DNA of 64,000 bases from Candidatus Curtissbacteria bacterium. GTDB lineage: Bacteria; Patescibacteriota; Microgenomatia; Curtissbacterales; GWA2-41-24. The notes beneath the pieces are model-generated. The model was not told the DNA's origin and ran no database searches. It was given only the letters and a program-made list of their open reading frames with translations. Shown here in pieces: positions 17,503 to 27,169 of the stretch. Within the stretch, counting starts at the first letter, position 1; each line of letters starts with the position of its first letter. Made by a program: the position numbers and the translations under genes. The stretch spans positions 3,911 through 67,910 of the forward strand of contig JAUSJC010000005.1 in the NCBI GenBank assembly GCA_030647775.1, given 5' to 3'.

Positions 17503-19197
17503 TCAAAATATTTTATGCGCTAGAAGCTCTTCGAAGTGTTTAGCCTTGGCTTTCTTGATTTTCGAAAGATCCTCCCAATCTTCTCCCAAAATCTTGGCGA
17601 TGTGCTTGCCCCCCAAAGTTTCCGGCACAACAACATAATCGGCGCCGAGTTCATAAAGCTTAACGGCATCATGAATCCAGTAGCTGGCGCCGATAACCGG
17701 CCCTTTATAATCTTTGCTCCTGGCAAACTTGATCAAATGGTAGCTGTCATCGACATTAACGTCTGTAACCACAATCAGCCGAGCGTGTTCAAGTTCCAAT
17801 TCTTCCAAAACTTCCGGGTCGGAAATATCCCCAAAAACCGCATTATAGCCGGAAGCCTTAAGCGTTTTAATTATCTCCGGATTAAAATCAACAACCACAA
17901 TTTGTGATTTATCTTTTATTTTCATCTTCAAAAACTGCAAAATGTCCCACCCCATCTGCTCCGCCCCAACCAAAATTACGTGGTCTTTCAAGTCCTTACG
18001 GTTTGTTACATAAGGATCGTGCTGTTTTTCCGGGAAAATTCTGGATATTGACCCCGCTAACCTTTTATAGATCTCTTCACCATATAAAATTAGGTACGAG
18101 GAAAGGGCAATTGTGACGATGGCAACAGCGGAAACCAAAGCAACCATATTAGAAGTCACATAGCCAAGAACCAGTCCCGTTGTCATTAAAATCAGCGAAA
18201 ATTCACTAATCTGGGCGACTGTAATTGAGGCCAAAAACGCAGTCCTATTCCGAAACTTCAAACTCATCATAATGGCAAAAACTATAAGTGGACCTCCAAC
18301 CAAAACGAAAAGTGAAAGGACAATAATCTGCCAAAGGTTTACCCCAAGCGACGAAAGAGGCATCGACGATCCAAGCACAATGAAGAAAATAACGATGAAA
18401 AAATCGCGGATAGGTTTGACCCGCGCGGAAATTTGAATTCTATAAGGAGAAGACGCAATGGCAAGCCCTGCCAAAAACGCACCTATTGCTGTCGAAAAAC
18501 CCATCGCTCCTGCCACGGCGGCCATCAAAAACGCCCATGCTAAGGCCGAAACAAACAATAGCTCAAGTGAAGAAGAAGTTAGCCGGAAAAGAAACCGTAG
18601 TAAGTATTTAGAAGATAAAAACGCCACGCCCGCCAAAACTATTCCCTTTAAAAGGGTTCCCAAAATCAAAAAGGCGGAAACTTGCTGATTTCCCAAGCCG
18701 GAAAGAATCATGAGAGCTAAAATAGCAACAACGTCTTGAACGATCAAAAACCCCACCGCGATCTTTCCGTGCAGGCTTTGAAGATCGTTTTTCTCCGAAA
18801 GCAATTTGATAATAATGACAGTAGATGAAAACGTTATCGCAAATGCTATGTACAAAGAAGCAAAGGTGCCAAACCCAAGCGCCGCTACCAAAATAAAACC
18901 AATAAGGGTAGTGAAAATAATTTGCCCCAGTCCAGTTAGGACCGCTGCGCGGCCTACATATTTTAAATCCTCAAATTTGAGCTCGATCCCAACTAAAAAC
19001 AACAAAAAGGCAATTCCCAAATTTGAAAGAAGTTCAAATAGGCTTTTATCAACTTCTTTAAAAATACCGAGGCTCGAGATTATAACACCGGCCAATATGT
19101 AAGCAACAATAAGGGGTTGTTTTAAAAGTTTGGCACAAATCCCCAGACCTGTTGCCAAAACCAGAAGCGCAGAAAGTTCTAAAAAGGCAGGAGGCAT
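17503..19197 (-). CDS. kefB: monovalent cation:proton antiporter (CPA2, KefB/KefC-like) with C-terminal RCK/TrkA-N domain
   Basis: ~12 TM Na+/H+ exchanger domain followed by the Rossmann RCK domain (HVILVGAEQMGWDILQFL). Confidence 0.85.
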   Translation of the reverse strand: MPPAFLELSALLVLATGLGICAKLLKQPLIVAYILAGVIISSLGIFKEVDKSLFELLSNLGIAFLLFLVGIELKFEDLKYVGRAAVLTGLGQIIFTTLIGFILVAALGFGTFASLYIAFAITFSSTVIIIKLLSEKNDLQSLHGKIAVGFLIVQDVVAILALMILSGLGNQQVSAFLILGTLLKGIVLAGVAFLSSKYLLRFLFRLTSSSLELLFVSALAWAFLMAAVAGAMGFSTAIGAFLAGLAIASSPYRIQISARVKPIRDFFIVIFFIVLGSSMPLSSLGVNLWQIIVLSLFVLVGGPLIVFAIMMSLKFRNRTAFLASITVAQISEFSLILMTTGLVLGYVTSNMVALVSAVAIVTIALSSYLILYGEEIYKRLAGSISRIFPEKQHDPYVTNRKDLKDHVILVGAEQMGWDILQFLKMKIKDKSQIVVVDFNPEIIKTLKASGYNAVFGDISDPEVLEELELEHARLIVVTDVNVDDSYHLIKFARSKDYKGPVIGASYWIHDAVKLYELGADYVVVPETLGGKHIAKILGEDWEDLSKIKKAKAKHFEELLAHKIF

Positions 19198-19249
19198 GTT
19201 CTTCTCGCTAAACGCTAAAAGACTGATGACTAAAGCTAAAAATCATGCG

Positions 19250-20116
19250 TTAGTCGTTTGTCGTTTTGTCGTTCAACGTCAAATAAAGCATTGCATCTTT
19301 AAGGTCTTTTGGCAAGTCCGATTCAAAAAATATCGGCTTTTCTGTTGCCGGATGGGCAAACTCCAAACTTTTGGCGTGCAAAAAAAGCCGCGGGCACCAA
19401 TTAAGGTCAAACTTTAAAAGTTTGGCGGGTGCATAAATTAAATCAGAAACCACAGCGTGGCCGATACTTTTTAAATGGACACGGATTTGATGAGTCCGGC
19501 CGGTTTTTGGACGAAGCAAAAATAGGGTGTAATCTCTGGCGTGATGTTTAAGATAATTGATCCTTGGCCTTGTCAAATTACTGTTCGAGCGAAGTCGAGA
19601 ACTATCTAACATATTACTTCTCGACTCGCTTCGCTCGCTCGAAGAATATAAAAGTTCATTAAACTTCTCCTCACTGATTTTGTATCGGTCCTCTACAACA
19701 AATTCGGTTCTCGACTCGCGTCCGCCGGCAACTACTCCGAATCTCCCAAATGAGCCAACTCTCCCAATCGACGCATCGATTTCTCCCCGATCTTTATCAA
19801 CCAACCCATGGACCAAGCCCAGATATTCTTTTTTAATTTTTCTTTCCTTAAATTGTTTTTGCAGATTGGCATATGCGCGCTCCGTCTTGGCAACAAGCAT
19901 AAGCCCCGATGTCTCCCGATCCAACCGATGGACAATGCCTGACCTACCTCCGATATTAGGATCCGACCCTTTAGATAAGACCGAACTCAAGTATTTGAGC
20001 ATCTGATCTTGAAGGGTCGGACCCTTATTCGTCTCGGATCGATTGACCACGAGCCCTGCTGGCTTATCCAAAACCAAAAGAAAGTCATCCTCGAATATAA
20101 TATTTAAATCATCCAT
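19250..20116 (-). CDS. rluA: RluA-family pseudouridine synthase carrying an in-frame low-complexity insertion
   Basis: LVLDKPAGLVVN...HRLDRETSGLMLVAKT...TGRTHQIRVH are RluA catalytic motifs; ~30 extra S/R-rich residues (SSSERSESRSNMLDSSRLRSNSN) are encoded by a palindromic repeat at ~19546-19663. Confidence 0.85.
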   Translation of the reverse strand: MDDLNIIFEDDFLLVLDKPAGLVVNRSETNKGPTLQDQMLKYLSSVLSKGSDPNIGGRSGIVHRLDRETSGLMLVAKTERAYANLQKQFKERKIKKEYLGLVHGLVDKDRGEIDASIGRVGSFGRFGVVAGGRESRTEFVVEDRYKISEEKFNELLYSSSERSESRSNMLDSSRLRSNSNLTRPRINYLKHHARDYTLFLLRPKTGRTHQIRVHLKSIGHAVVSDLIYAPAKLLKFDLNWCPRLFLHAKSLEFAHPATEKPIFFESDLPKDLKDAMLYLTLNDKTTND

Positions 20117-20131
20117 ATTACTCTTTCTACT

Positions 20132-20557
20132 TCAATGATTCGAATCATCGAAGTATTTAGGCTCGAATTTTACTAAAATTACAAAAATTAATATTAAAAT
20201 TCCTATTGTCACCGCGCTGTCTGCCAAATTAAAGCTCGGCCAGAATTTCAAATCAATAAAATCACGGACGCAACCCATCATCAACCGGTCTAAAATATTA
20301 GAAACTCCTCCGGCAACAATAAGCGCCAAAGCCAAAGAGATAATTTTCCTTTCTTGTCTTAACAGAAAATAGAAACAGACACTAACTACGACAATCGGCA
20401 CAATAAAATTTAAGATTCTCGCATTTTGAAAAAGCCCAAACGCGATTCCACTGTTACAGCTTGTGGCCAGCCTCGCCGAGTCTAGATGGACAAATTTTGC
20501 TTTAGAAACTTGGTCGAGAAAAATAATAAGCGGAATGATGAAAAGGGACAAACGCAC
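20132..20557 (-). CDS. lspA: lipoprotein signal peptidase II
   Basis: NSGIAFGLF and FNLADSAVTIGILILIF motifs; four TM helices. Confidence 0.85.
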   Translation of the reverse strand: MRLSLFIIPLIIFLDQVSKAKFVHLDSARLATSCNSGIAFGLFQNARILNFIVPIVVVSVCFYFLLRQERKIISLALALIVAGGVSNILDRLMMGCVRDFIDLKFWPSFNLADSAVTIGILILIFVILVKFEPKYFDDSNH

Positions 20558-20565
20558 TCTTAAAT

Positions 20566-20955
20566 CTATCTTTTCTTAAATTTACTACCCTCTTTTTTAG
20601 AATTTGCATCCTTTTCCAGTTCGCGCTCGCATTTCATGCAGTAAATTGCCGCCGGCTTGGCCAAGAGCCTTGCCGCATCTATCGGCTTTTTACAGTTTTC
20701 GCAGATTCCATAAGTGCCCTTTTTAATTTTTTCAAGCGCCTTTTCAATCTCCCCCAAATCACGTTTTAGCTGGCCTTCCAAAACCACGGTTTTTTCGTGG
20801 CTAAAAAGCTGCGCCGCATCTGTGCCCGGCTCAACTATAAGCGCCCTATCCTCCGTCGAAAAAGGGTCCTCGCGCCTAAGCCTTCTCATCTTCGAAAGGA
20901 TTGCCTCTCTGCTTTCTTCAATTAAGGTTCCAAACTTTTTGATATCAATTATCAT
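20566..20955 (-). CDS. DksA/TraR-family C4 zinc-finger protein
   Basis: C-terminal CENCKKPIDAARLLAKPAAIYCMKCE four-Cys zinc finger after a coiled-coil region. Confidence 0.75.
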   Translation of the reverse strand: MIIDIKKFGTLIEESREAILSKMRRLRREDPFSTEDRALIVEPGTDAAQLFSHEKTVVLEGQLKRDLGEIEKALEKIKKGTYGICENCKKPIDAARLLAKPAAIYCMKCERELEKDANSKKEGSKFKKR

Positions 20956-21857
20956 CTGAATTTTTTAACCCCCAAAACTACCAAAAAATCATGCAGGCCC
21001 GAAATTATTTCCGAGCCTATGAATTTTATTATTTTCAAAATCTTTTTGGCAAGATAGTAAGGAGAAAGTATCACAAACCTGGCCAAATTACCACTTTCTT
21101 CAACACTTACCAAAGTCCTTTTAAATTTAAAAACAGATAAAAGAACGGCTGCCGTTACCCATTTGATATCCGCCTTGAGACTGCGGCCCGAACAAGTATG
21201 CCATAGGACAAGCGAAAACACCAAAAGCCCGATTCCCAGTGTTAGTTTATATGGCACACTGCCGAGAGTGGTTTTATCATTATTGACAAAAAACATGGCT
21301 ATTTCTAGTAGAGAAGCCGCGAAAAGATAAAAGCACGCAAAAAAACCCGGATGTCTTTTACGTTTACCAAAACGCTTCAAAATCCAAAAGATAATGAAAT
21401 AGCCAAGCGCAAAGTAGAAGGAAGGAAAATCTATTTTCTTTGGACTCAAAAAACTTATGGCAAACCGTCCAAGAAAAGTAATACTCTGCCCAAAAGCAAT
21501 CGCGGTAACTGCCAAATCGAAGATTTCAAAGAATTTAACTTTCCTGCCTCTTAGAAAAACAAAAACGGCCAAACAAAAACCCAAAAGGACACCGGCAAAA
21601 TCAATTCCGGGATAAGCGTTAAAAAAAATAAGGCGGGTCAGGGAAAAATGGTACATGTCGGGCCTGACAATAAAATCCCACAGGCGGCCGCCAGCCAAAC
21701 CTCCGATAAAAGCAACAATAACCGTATCCAAAAGCAACTCTGAATCTATAAGTTCGTGGCGGCCTGCCCTCCAAAACAAAAAGACCGCGACAAAAACAGA
21801 AAGGAGAATCACGGCCAGGTTTAAAAGACCGGGAAAATTAGCTAGGGTTGCCAACAT
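20952..21857 (-). CDS. lgt: prolipoprotein diacylglyceryl transferase
   Basis: Polytopic membrane protein with Lgt signature GGLAGGRLW; adjacent to lspA. Confidence 0.7.
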   Translation of the reverse strand: MLATLANFPGLLNLAVILLSVFVAVFLFWRAGRHELIDSELLLDTVIVAFIGGLAGGRLWDFIVRPDMYHFSLTRLIFFNAYPGIDFAGVLLGFCLAVFVFLRGRKVKFFEIFDLAVTAIAFGQSITFLGRFAISFLSPKKIDFPSFYFALGYFIIFWILKRFGKRKRHPGFFACFYLFAASLLEIAMFFVNNDKTTLGSVPYKLTLGIGLLVFSLVLWHTCSGRSLKADIKWVTAAVLLSVFKFKRTLVSVEESGNLARFVILSPYYLAKKILKIIKFIGSEIISGLHDFLVVLGVKKFR

Positions 21858-22026
21858 GGAAAACTGGTATATTATATATCAAACGCAGTGCAGATATAAC
21901 ATAACTTCTTTTGCCACGATGGAGAATCTATGATAGACTGGGGTTAAACCGTTCCCTCGGTTTTTTTGATCGGAAATAAGAGAGCTTATTCATAGAAAGG
22001 CTCTGCCTATTTCTTGTAAACTCGAA

Positions 22027-22500
22027 ATGACAGCAACAGCACACGCATTAATCGGGGCATCGATAGCAGCAACGTTCACAAACCCGATTATCGGCATTCC
22101 TCTGGCTTTCGTTTCGCACTTTCTGGCAGACATTGTACCCCACTGGGATGTTGGTACAAACCATAGGCAAAAAAGCGTCTTTCGCTTAAGGATTGAAGCA
22201 ACTTTTGACGTTTTACTGGGTTTTGCCCTGTCATTTCTGCTTTTTGCCAAATTTGTTGAGCCAACTTACCTTTTTGTCATGATAATAGCCGCTCAGCTCC
22301 CGGACTGGCTTGGCACACCTTATTGGCTTTTTAACCTCAAATTTCCACCGTTTTCTTGGGCATATTACATTGGCCACAAAATCCAGAGCCGCATGCAGCT
22401 TCCGTGGGGCCTAGTTACCCAAATTGCCATTGTGGGACTGATCGTTGCCACTGCAATCTGGACAACTCCGGCCAAACTCGCTCTCGCCAGCCTTATATAA
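22027..22500 (+). CDS. membrane-bound metal-dependent hydrolase, YdjM/DUF457-like
   Basis: HALIGASIA...SHFLADIVPHWD pattern resembles the YdjM family. Confidence 0.45.
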   Translation: MTATAHALIGASIAATFTNPIIGIPLAFVSHFLADIVPHWDVGTNHRQKSVFRLRIEATFDVLLGFALSFLLFAKFVEPTYLFVMIIAAQLPDWLGTPYWLFNLKFPPFSWAYYIGHKIQSRMQLPWGLVTQIAIVGLIVATAIWTTPAKLALASLI

Positions 22501-22705
22501 ACTGACTTTCCCCTAAGTATCAGATTGAAATTGCCAAAAACATGGCGAAGTCGTCTCCATTAACCTTTATCCCTGCCAAATAACAATTACAGATGACGGA
22601 GACTTGAGTGAAGTGAAGATCTTAATCGAATTCAAAAAACGATTACCGAACGTTTTTGGCAAATGTTTTTCTGAAAGAAAACGTCTTAATCTGATACAAA
22701 CTCGC

Positions 22706-23287
22706 CTACTTTGCCCGCTCAACGTAAGAAGCGTCCCGGGTATCGACGCGAATAATTTCCCCGCCCTTGATAAAGAGCGGAACTTTAACAACCAATCCGT
22801 TTTCCAAAACCGCGTCTTTTTGCGCCGCCCCGGCACTGTTGCCGCGCGCCGATCCGCCCGTTTGTGCCACTTTATAATCCAAAATTTTGGGCAGTTCTAT
22901 ATAAACCGGCTCATCGGAAATCGCAAAAAGCAAAACCTCCAAACCTTCTTTCAAAAACTTACCAAAATAACCGACCATCGCATCCCCCAAAATAAACTGG
23001 TCATATGTTTCCAAATCCATAAAATAGTAACCGACGCCATCCTGATACAAAAATTGAACTTTTTTCCTTTGGAGATTGATGTCTTGCACCTTCGCGCCGG
23101 TGATAAAAGATTTCTCAACCGTCGACCCGGTTTTTAAGTTCCTAACCTTGACCTTAATGTTGCCGCTGCCGCGGCCCATCTTGATATGTTCATACGAAAG
23201 CACCAAAAGATATTCCCCGCGTTCCTCAAAGACGATCCCGGATCGCAACTCAGTTACACTAATCATAAAAACAACTTGCCCTTCCAA
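22706..23287 (-). CDS. efp: translation elongation factor P
   Basis: ELRSGIVFEERGEYLLVLSYEHIKMGRGSGNIKVKVRNLKTG matches the EF-P KOW domain; three-domain length. Confidence 0.9.
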   Translation of the reverse strand: MEGQVVFMISVTELRSGIVFEERGEYLLVLSYEHIKMGRGSGNIKVKVRNLKTGSTVEKSFITGAKVQDINLQRKKVQFLYQDGVGYYFMDLETYDQFILGDAMVGYFGKFLKEGLEVLLFAISDEPVYIELPKILDYKVAQTGGSARGNSAGAAQKDAVLENGLVVKVPLFIKGGEIIRVDTRDASYVERAK

Positions 23288-23398
23288 AATCCGCCATCTG
23301 GCTGACGAAGGAGGGTTCCGGCATGAAGTTCTGTAACGCTAATCATATCAGTCTGCGCTCTCTCTGCTGATTAGTCCTGAGCGCAGTCGAAGGGCTAA

Positions 23399-24904
23399 TC
23401 ATTTTTGAGAAAGCGAAAGCGCAAGATTAACTAAAGTCACCAGCGGAATACCCGTTGCTCCTTTGGACGCATAAGGCCCCTCTTGCTCTTCCCATGCGGT
23501 TGCACAAATATCCAAATGAGCCCAAGCTGTCTTTTTCCCGACAAACTCCTCCAAAAATTTACCACCCGTCTCTGTCCCGCCGCCGCGCACCGAAGAAACA
23601 TTGGCAATATCGGCAATGTAACTTTTTAACTGGTCGCGGTATTCCGCGTAGAGCGGCAGCTGCCAATACCTTTCTCCGGACTCAACACCTGTTTTTATGA
23701 CTTCATCAATAAAATTCTGCGGCCTTCCCAAAATTGCCGAGGCCCAATTCCCCAGAGCAACAATCGCCGCGCCTGTTAAAGTCGCCACGTCCACGATATA
23801 ATCCGGCTTAAATTTATTCTGCACATAAGTTAAAGCGTCGGAAAGCACCAGCCTTCCCTCCGCGTCGGTATTGATAATCTCCACAGTTTTACCCGAAAGC
23901 CCTTTTACAACATCCCCCGGCTTTGAAGCTTTTCCCGACGGCAAATTTTCCGTCAATGGTACGGCACAAACAACATTGATTTTGGGCTTAAGTTTTGCAA
24001 TTACCTCCATCGCGCCAAGACAAGCCGCCGCACCGGCCATGTCCATCTTCATCCATTCCATATTGTCACCCGGCTTGATAGAAATTCCGCCGGAATCAAA
24101 AGTGATCCCTTTACCAACCAAAGCCAAAGTTTTAGCACTGGAGCCACCCCCTAAATACCTCATTACCACAAAATAAAGGTCTTCTTCCGACCCTTTGGCG
24201 ACCGAAGCCATGATACCCATTCCCATGTCGTTGACCTGTTTTTCCGAAAATACTTCAATTTTTAATTTGTTCTCCGCGGCGATTTTCTTGGCAAACTTAA
24301 CCATGTACTCGGGAGTACAAACATTCGCCGGTAAATTAACAACCTCGCGAACCCTATCCATCGTCTCGGAAATAATGAGCCCCTTCTCTGCCCCCTCCTT
24401 GACCTTTTTCAAATCCTCTTCCGTCAAAATCTCCAGACTTTCCACTTTAACTTTCGACTTTGACTCTTCTCCTGTTTTCCTGTGCCCCGGATCAAAAATA
24501 CCGGAAGAAAATCCCACAACAACAAGCTCGGCATTTTCGCTAGCCTTCACCTCTTTTGGCAAATACAAAGAAAGGCTTTTAGCTCCCTTGGTTTGGGATT
24601 TAGAAACGGCCGCAGCAAACTGCCGAAGATAAACCGGCTCCAACTTTTCCTTTTTCCCTAAGCCAAAAAGTACAATCTTTTCAAGTGTTTTGTGTTTTTT
24701 AGGAGACACTGTAAATACTATGCCTTCGTAAAGCTTCCCGAATTTTTCCTTCTTTTTTAAAAACCTTAAAATCGCACCGTCCGTCAACCCATCAACACCC
24801 TTTGGCAAATTGCGGCCGTCACCTTCCCAAACGCCGCAAACCAAACATTCGGCGCTGATTTTGGCAATGTCAAACTTAGAAGCTGTAACTTTCACTTTCG
24901 GCAA
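23399..24904 (-). CDS. pepA: leucyl aminopeptidase (M17)
   Basis: M17 signature NTDAEGRLVLSDAL and metal-binding region. Confidence 0.9.
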   Translation of the reverse strand: MPKVKVTASKFDIAKISAECLVCGVWEGDGRNLPKGVDGLTDGAILRFLKKKEKFGKLYEGIVFTVSPKKHKTLEKIVLFGLGKKEKLEPVYLRQFAAAVSKSQTKGAKSLSLYLPKEVKASENAELVVVGFSSGIFDPGHRKTGEESKSKVKVESLEILTEEDLKKVKEGAEKGLIISETMDRVREVVNLPANVCTPEYMVKFAKKIAAENKLKIEVFSEKQVNDMGMGIMASVAKGSEEDLYFVVMRYLGGGSSAKTLALVGKGITFDSGGISIKPGDNMEWMKMDMAGAAACLGAMEVIAKLKPKINVVCAVPLTENLPSGKASKPGDVVKGLSGKTVEIINTDAEGRLVLSDALTYVQNKFKPDYIVDVATLTGAAIVALGNWASAILGRPQNFIDEVIKTGVESGERYWQLPLYAEYRDQLKSYIADIANVSSVRGGGTETGGKFLEEFVGKKTAWAHLDICATAWEEQEGPYASKGATGIPLVTLVNLALSLSQK

Positions 24905-24938
24905 TGATATAATATTGAAGCTATTTTAGCAATCTCGG

Positions 24939-25021
24939 GGGCAAGTGGCGGAATGGTATACGCGGTAGTCTCAAAAACTACTGGTCGCAAGACTGTGAGA
25001 GTTCGAATCTCTCCTTGCCCA
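24939..25021 (+). tRNA. tRNA-Leu (anticodon CAA), class II with long variable arm
   Basis: Folded by hand: acceptor GGGCAAG/CTTGCCC, anticodon stem GTAGT/ACTAC with loop CTCAAAA, variable arm with GCAA tetraloop, T-arm GAGAG-TTCGAAT-CTCTC, discriminator A; CCA not encoded. Confidence 0.75.
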
Positions 25022-25044
25022 CAAACTTGACACATGCGAGTATC

Positions 25045-25250
25045 TTTTTTTGCTTTAGCAAAAAACGTCTTAAAACTCGTGGGCGCAAGCCCGTGAGAGT
25101 TCGACTCTCTCTCTCAGCACTGACGCGTAGCTATCCTTTTTGCTTTAGCAAAAACGTGAGCGAAGCGAACTAAAAGCTATGAGCGCAAGCTCATGTGGGT
25201 TCGACTCCCACCTTGCCCACAATCAAAAGGGTTCGTTTTTCTCGTAGCGA
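25045..25250 (+). repeat. tandem tRNA 3'-half-like remnants (variable arm + T-arm + acceptor 3' strand), each preceded by an A/T-rich palindrome TTTTTGCTTTAGCAAAAA
   Basis: CGTGGGCGCAAGCCCGTGAGAGTTCGACTCTCTC... and GAGCGCAAGCTCATGTGGGTTCGACTCCCACCTTGCCCACA repeat the 3' architecture of the upstream tRNA-Leu (the second ends in the identical acceptor strand CTTGCCCACA); no matching 5' halves are present. Confidence 0.6.
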
Positions 25251-25330
25251 AAAACGTCTTATCCCTCTCTCGGCACAACTATCATCAAATTGACTTCCCT
25301 GTCTCCAAAATGCTATTTTAAAAACCAAAA

Positions 25331-25744
25331 ATGCGCGGCGAGCGACTCACGTTAGAAACGACACCCCTAGAGGCTATTTCTCAAATGGCCGAAAATAATG
25401 TTGGTGCCCAAATAGCATGTCTAAAACTTTTGGCGAATGGCGATGCCATTGACCCAGGCTTGTCTCCAGATGCAGGGTTCATTGCTCTTCTATATCTGGA
25501 TGAGCTGAACGTTTGGGGAGAACGCCTCAATAAATTCTGGCAGGATGTTTGTAATCAGGATGAAGGAGTGATGTTCGCTATTCTACGGGCTTACCAGCTG
25601 GGCGAACTTGTGGGAGTAAACCAAAATACCATCGATCATGCAATTGCCAACCACGGCGACGGTATTAATACAGATGCCGTTATTGCCGCGGTCAAAGAAT
25701 ATCTGCCCAATTTTAATCCTGCGGCAAGAGCGCATTCTACCTAA
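25331..25744 (+). CDS. hypothetical protein
   Basis: ORF track only; sits immediately downstream of the tRNA-remnant array. Confidence 0.4.
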   Translation: MRGERLTLETTPLEAISQMAENNVGAQIACLKLLANGDAIDPGLSPDAGFIALLYLDELNVWGERLNKFWQDVCNQDEGVMFAILRAYQLGELVGVNQNTIDHAIANHGDGINTDAVIAAVKEYLPNFNPAARAHST

Positions 25745-25816
25745 CCATCAAGCTTTTGAAGCTAGTATAATTCCGGCGCGGCCGGCAATTGATGATTTGA
25801 AGAAAGTAAAAATAAA

Positions 25817-27169
25817 TTAAGCAGTCTCCGGAAGAACTTCTTGCTCAACCTTTACCTTCGCCCTTTGTTTTTCCACCCCGAAGAATTTAACCCTATCTGC
25901 CCGAAATGCCAAATCAATTTCCCCGGTCGGGCCGTTTCTGTGTTTTTGGATATCTAATTTTACTTGTTCTATTTTTTCCGCATCCGGCCGCCAGAGAAAC
26001 ATCACCACATCGGCATCCTGCTCAATTGCGCCGGATTCGCGCAGGTCGGCAAGCTGTGGCTTTCTGCTGCCTCTTTGTTCAACCGCTCTTGACATTTGCG
26101 AACATGCCAAAACCGGAATCTTAAGTTCCCTTGCCAGATTCTTTAAGCTTTGGGAAATTTCCGAAACTTCCTGTACCCTGTTTTCCAAATTCCTGCCGTG
26201 GATTAACTGCAAATAATCGACAATCAAAAGCGAAAGCCCGTGCTCTACCTGCAGACGCCTTGCCTTGGTTCTCATTTCCAGAATGTTGGCCGCCGGCGTG
26301 TCGTCAATAAAAAGCGGCGCGTCGGCTAAAATTCCCATCGCCTCCTGAAGCCTGTCAAAATCGTCATCGTCCAGTTTTCCGGTTTTAAGCCTCCAGGCAT
26401 CGACTTCCGACTGCGCTACCAGCAGTCTGTCAACCAGTTCCTCTTTGCTCATTTCCAGCGAGAATATACCGACCGGCAAACCTTCTTTGACTGCTACATG
26501 GGCCGCGATGTTGAGAGCCAGCGACGTTTTACCCTGGCCCGGACGCGATGCCAAAATTAATAAATTCGAATCCTGCATTCCGGCCAATTTCCCGTCTAAA
26601 TCCCAAAAACCGGTTGGCACGCCGCGCAGCCCTCCGGCCTTTTTATGAAGTTCGTCTAGCCTGTCAAAACTTTCAGCCAAGGCACTCTTTAAAGGTATAA
26701 AATTTTGGCGCATCTGTTCCTGCGAAAGCGCAAAGACAGCCTGCTCCGTTTCGTCCAGAATATTCCTAACATCTCCCGTTTCGTCAAAAGCCGCCTCGGA
26801 AACCTTAGCCGCAGTTGTGATGAGCTGCCTTTTTATAAAGTGGTGCCGCACAATCTGCGCGTACTGGACGATATTGGCAGCGGTCGGGACGCCGGAAGCC
26901 AGCTGGGCCAAATACGCCGCGCCACCGATATCTTCAAATCTACCTTTGCTCTTCAGTTCCGCCGTCAAGGTAATCAGGTCAATTGGCTCACGCCTTTCAA
27001 ACAAATTGAAAATCGCGCTGTAGATATCGGCATGTGCCTGCTTATAAAAATGTTCGGGCTTTAAAGTCTGGGCAACGGCGATAATAGCATCGCGGTCAAG
27101 TAAGATTGCTCCGATTATGGATTTTTCGGCTTCTAAATCTTGGGGCGGCACTCGGCCGATGTTTTTCAT
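25817..27169 (-). CDS. dnaB: replicative DNA helicase
   Basis: Walker A GQGKTS within PGQGKTSLALNIA and the DnaB C-terminal RecA-like domain; N-terminal DnaB domain. Confidence 0.95.
   Translation of the reverse strand: MKNIGRVPPQDLEAEKSIIGAILLDRDAIIAVAQTLKPEHFYKQAHADIYSAIFNLFERREPIDLITLTAELKSKGRFEDIGGAAYLAQLASGVPTAANIVQYAQIVRHHFIKRQLITTAAKVSEAAFDETGDVRNILDETEQAVFALSQEQMRQNFIPLKSALAESFDRLDELHKKAGGLRGVPTGFWDLDGKLAGMQDSNLLILASRPGQGKTSLALNIAAHVAVKEGLPVGIFSLEMSKEELVDRLLVAQSEVDAWRLKTGKLDDDDFDRLQEAMGILADAPLFIDDTPAANILEMRTKARRLQVEHGLSLLIVDYLQLIHGRNLENRVQEVSEISQSLKNLARELKIPVLACSQMSRAVEQRGSRKPQLADLRESGAIEQDADVVMFLWRPDAEKIEQVKLDIQKHRNGPTGEIDLAFRADRVKFFGVEKQRAKVKVEQEVLPETA

Noticed and set aside
22567-22836. 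89-aa minus-strand ORF downstream of efp
   Set aside because: Largely overlaps the efp 3' end in another frame. Only a weak A/T hairpin (GTTTTC-N5-GAAAAC) was seen, which is more consistent with the efp terminator region.
24937-25250. tmRNA (ssrA) interpretation of the tRNA-like region (GGGGG... 5' end and GGTTCGACTCC T-arm-like 3' units)
   Set aside because: The first unit folds as a complete canonical tRNA with an anticodon arm; no tag-peptide reading frame ending in a hydrophobic ...AA* motif and no pseudoknot-rich body were found.
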